64,000 nt of DNA from positions 41,354,001 through 41,418,000 of the forward strand of contig CAIIXF020000001.1 of the NCBI GenBank assembly GCA_903813345.2. The letters are read 5' to 3'. The notes under the pieces are model-generated. The model saw only the letters and a list, made by a program, of their open reading frames with translations, was not told the origin of the DNA and made no database searches. The position numbers and the translations under genes were made by a program. Numbering within the stretch: the first letter of the stretch is position 1; each line of letters begins with the position of its first letter. Below are positions 63,744 to 64,000 of this stretch, one piece after another. This DNA comes from Owenia fusiformis. Its lineage: Eukaryota.

Positions 63744-64000
63744 TAAGCACAGTTTACTTTAAAAGCCAGGCAAGAAGACAATAATTTAGGAGGAGCAAAA
63801 TGTGGTAAGAGATAATTTATGAAATTGCTTTTATGACAATAATGTTTGAAGCAAAAACCAATTTTGGATGTTCCTGAACAATGATTTTTCTTTATACAGT
63901 AATTGAATTTCTGAGGATATGCAGTTTTGTTTCTGTGTGATCTTCATAATAAGTTTGGAAAGCGGCTAGCTTGGATGACCTTGACGAGCTGTACATGTTG

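Overview
AT-rich, intron-rich animal genomic DNA, probably an invertebrate and possibly a lophotrochozoan judging by repeat types; the species cannot be told from the sequence. Three host genes were reconstructed with phase-consistent GT-AG splicing. (1) An RNF19A/B-type RBR E3 ligase: + strand, 10 coding exons, 3243-11750, 837 aa. (2) A small cAMP-dependent protein kinase inhibitor (PKI): - strand, 2 coding exons, 28756-24496, 77 aa, absent from the ORF track. (3) SMNDC1/SPF30: + strand, 7 exons, 46734-61273, 245 aa. SMNDC1 intron 1 holds an intact Gmr1-type Gypsy LTR retrotransposon with integrase before RT, and intron 6 holds a 5'-truncated LINE with poly(A) and target-site duplication (TSD). 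The rest is dense with Helentron-associated (HINE/DINE-1-like) elements, MITEs, nested insertions and minisatellites. The least explained structure is a 1.5-kb non-coding A-B-A element (13542-15059) with 456-bp near-identical direct repeats, no canonical LTR signals and short duplications at both outer and inner junctions. A decayed tandem duplicate of an RNF19 exon is also present. All alignments were done by eye.
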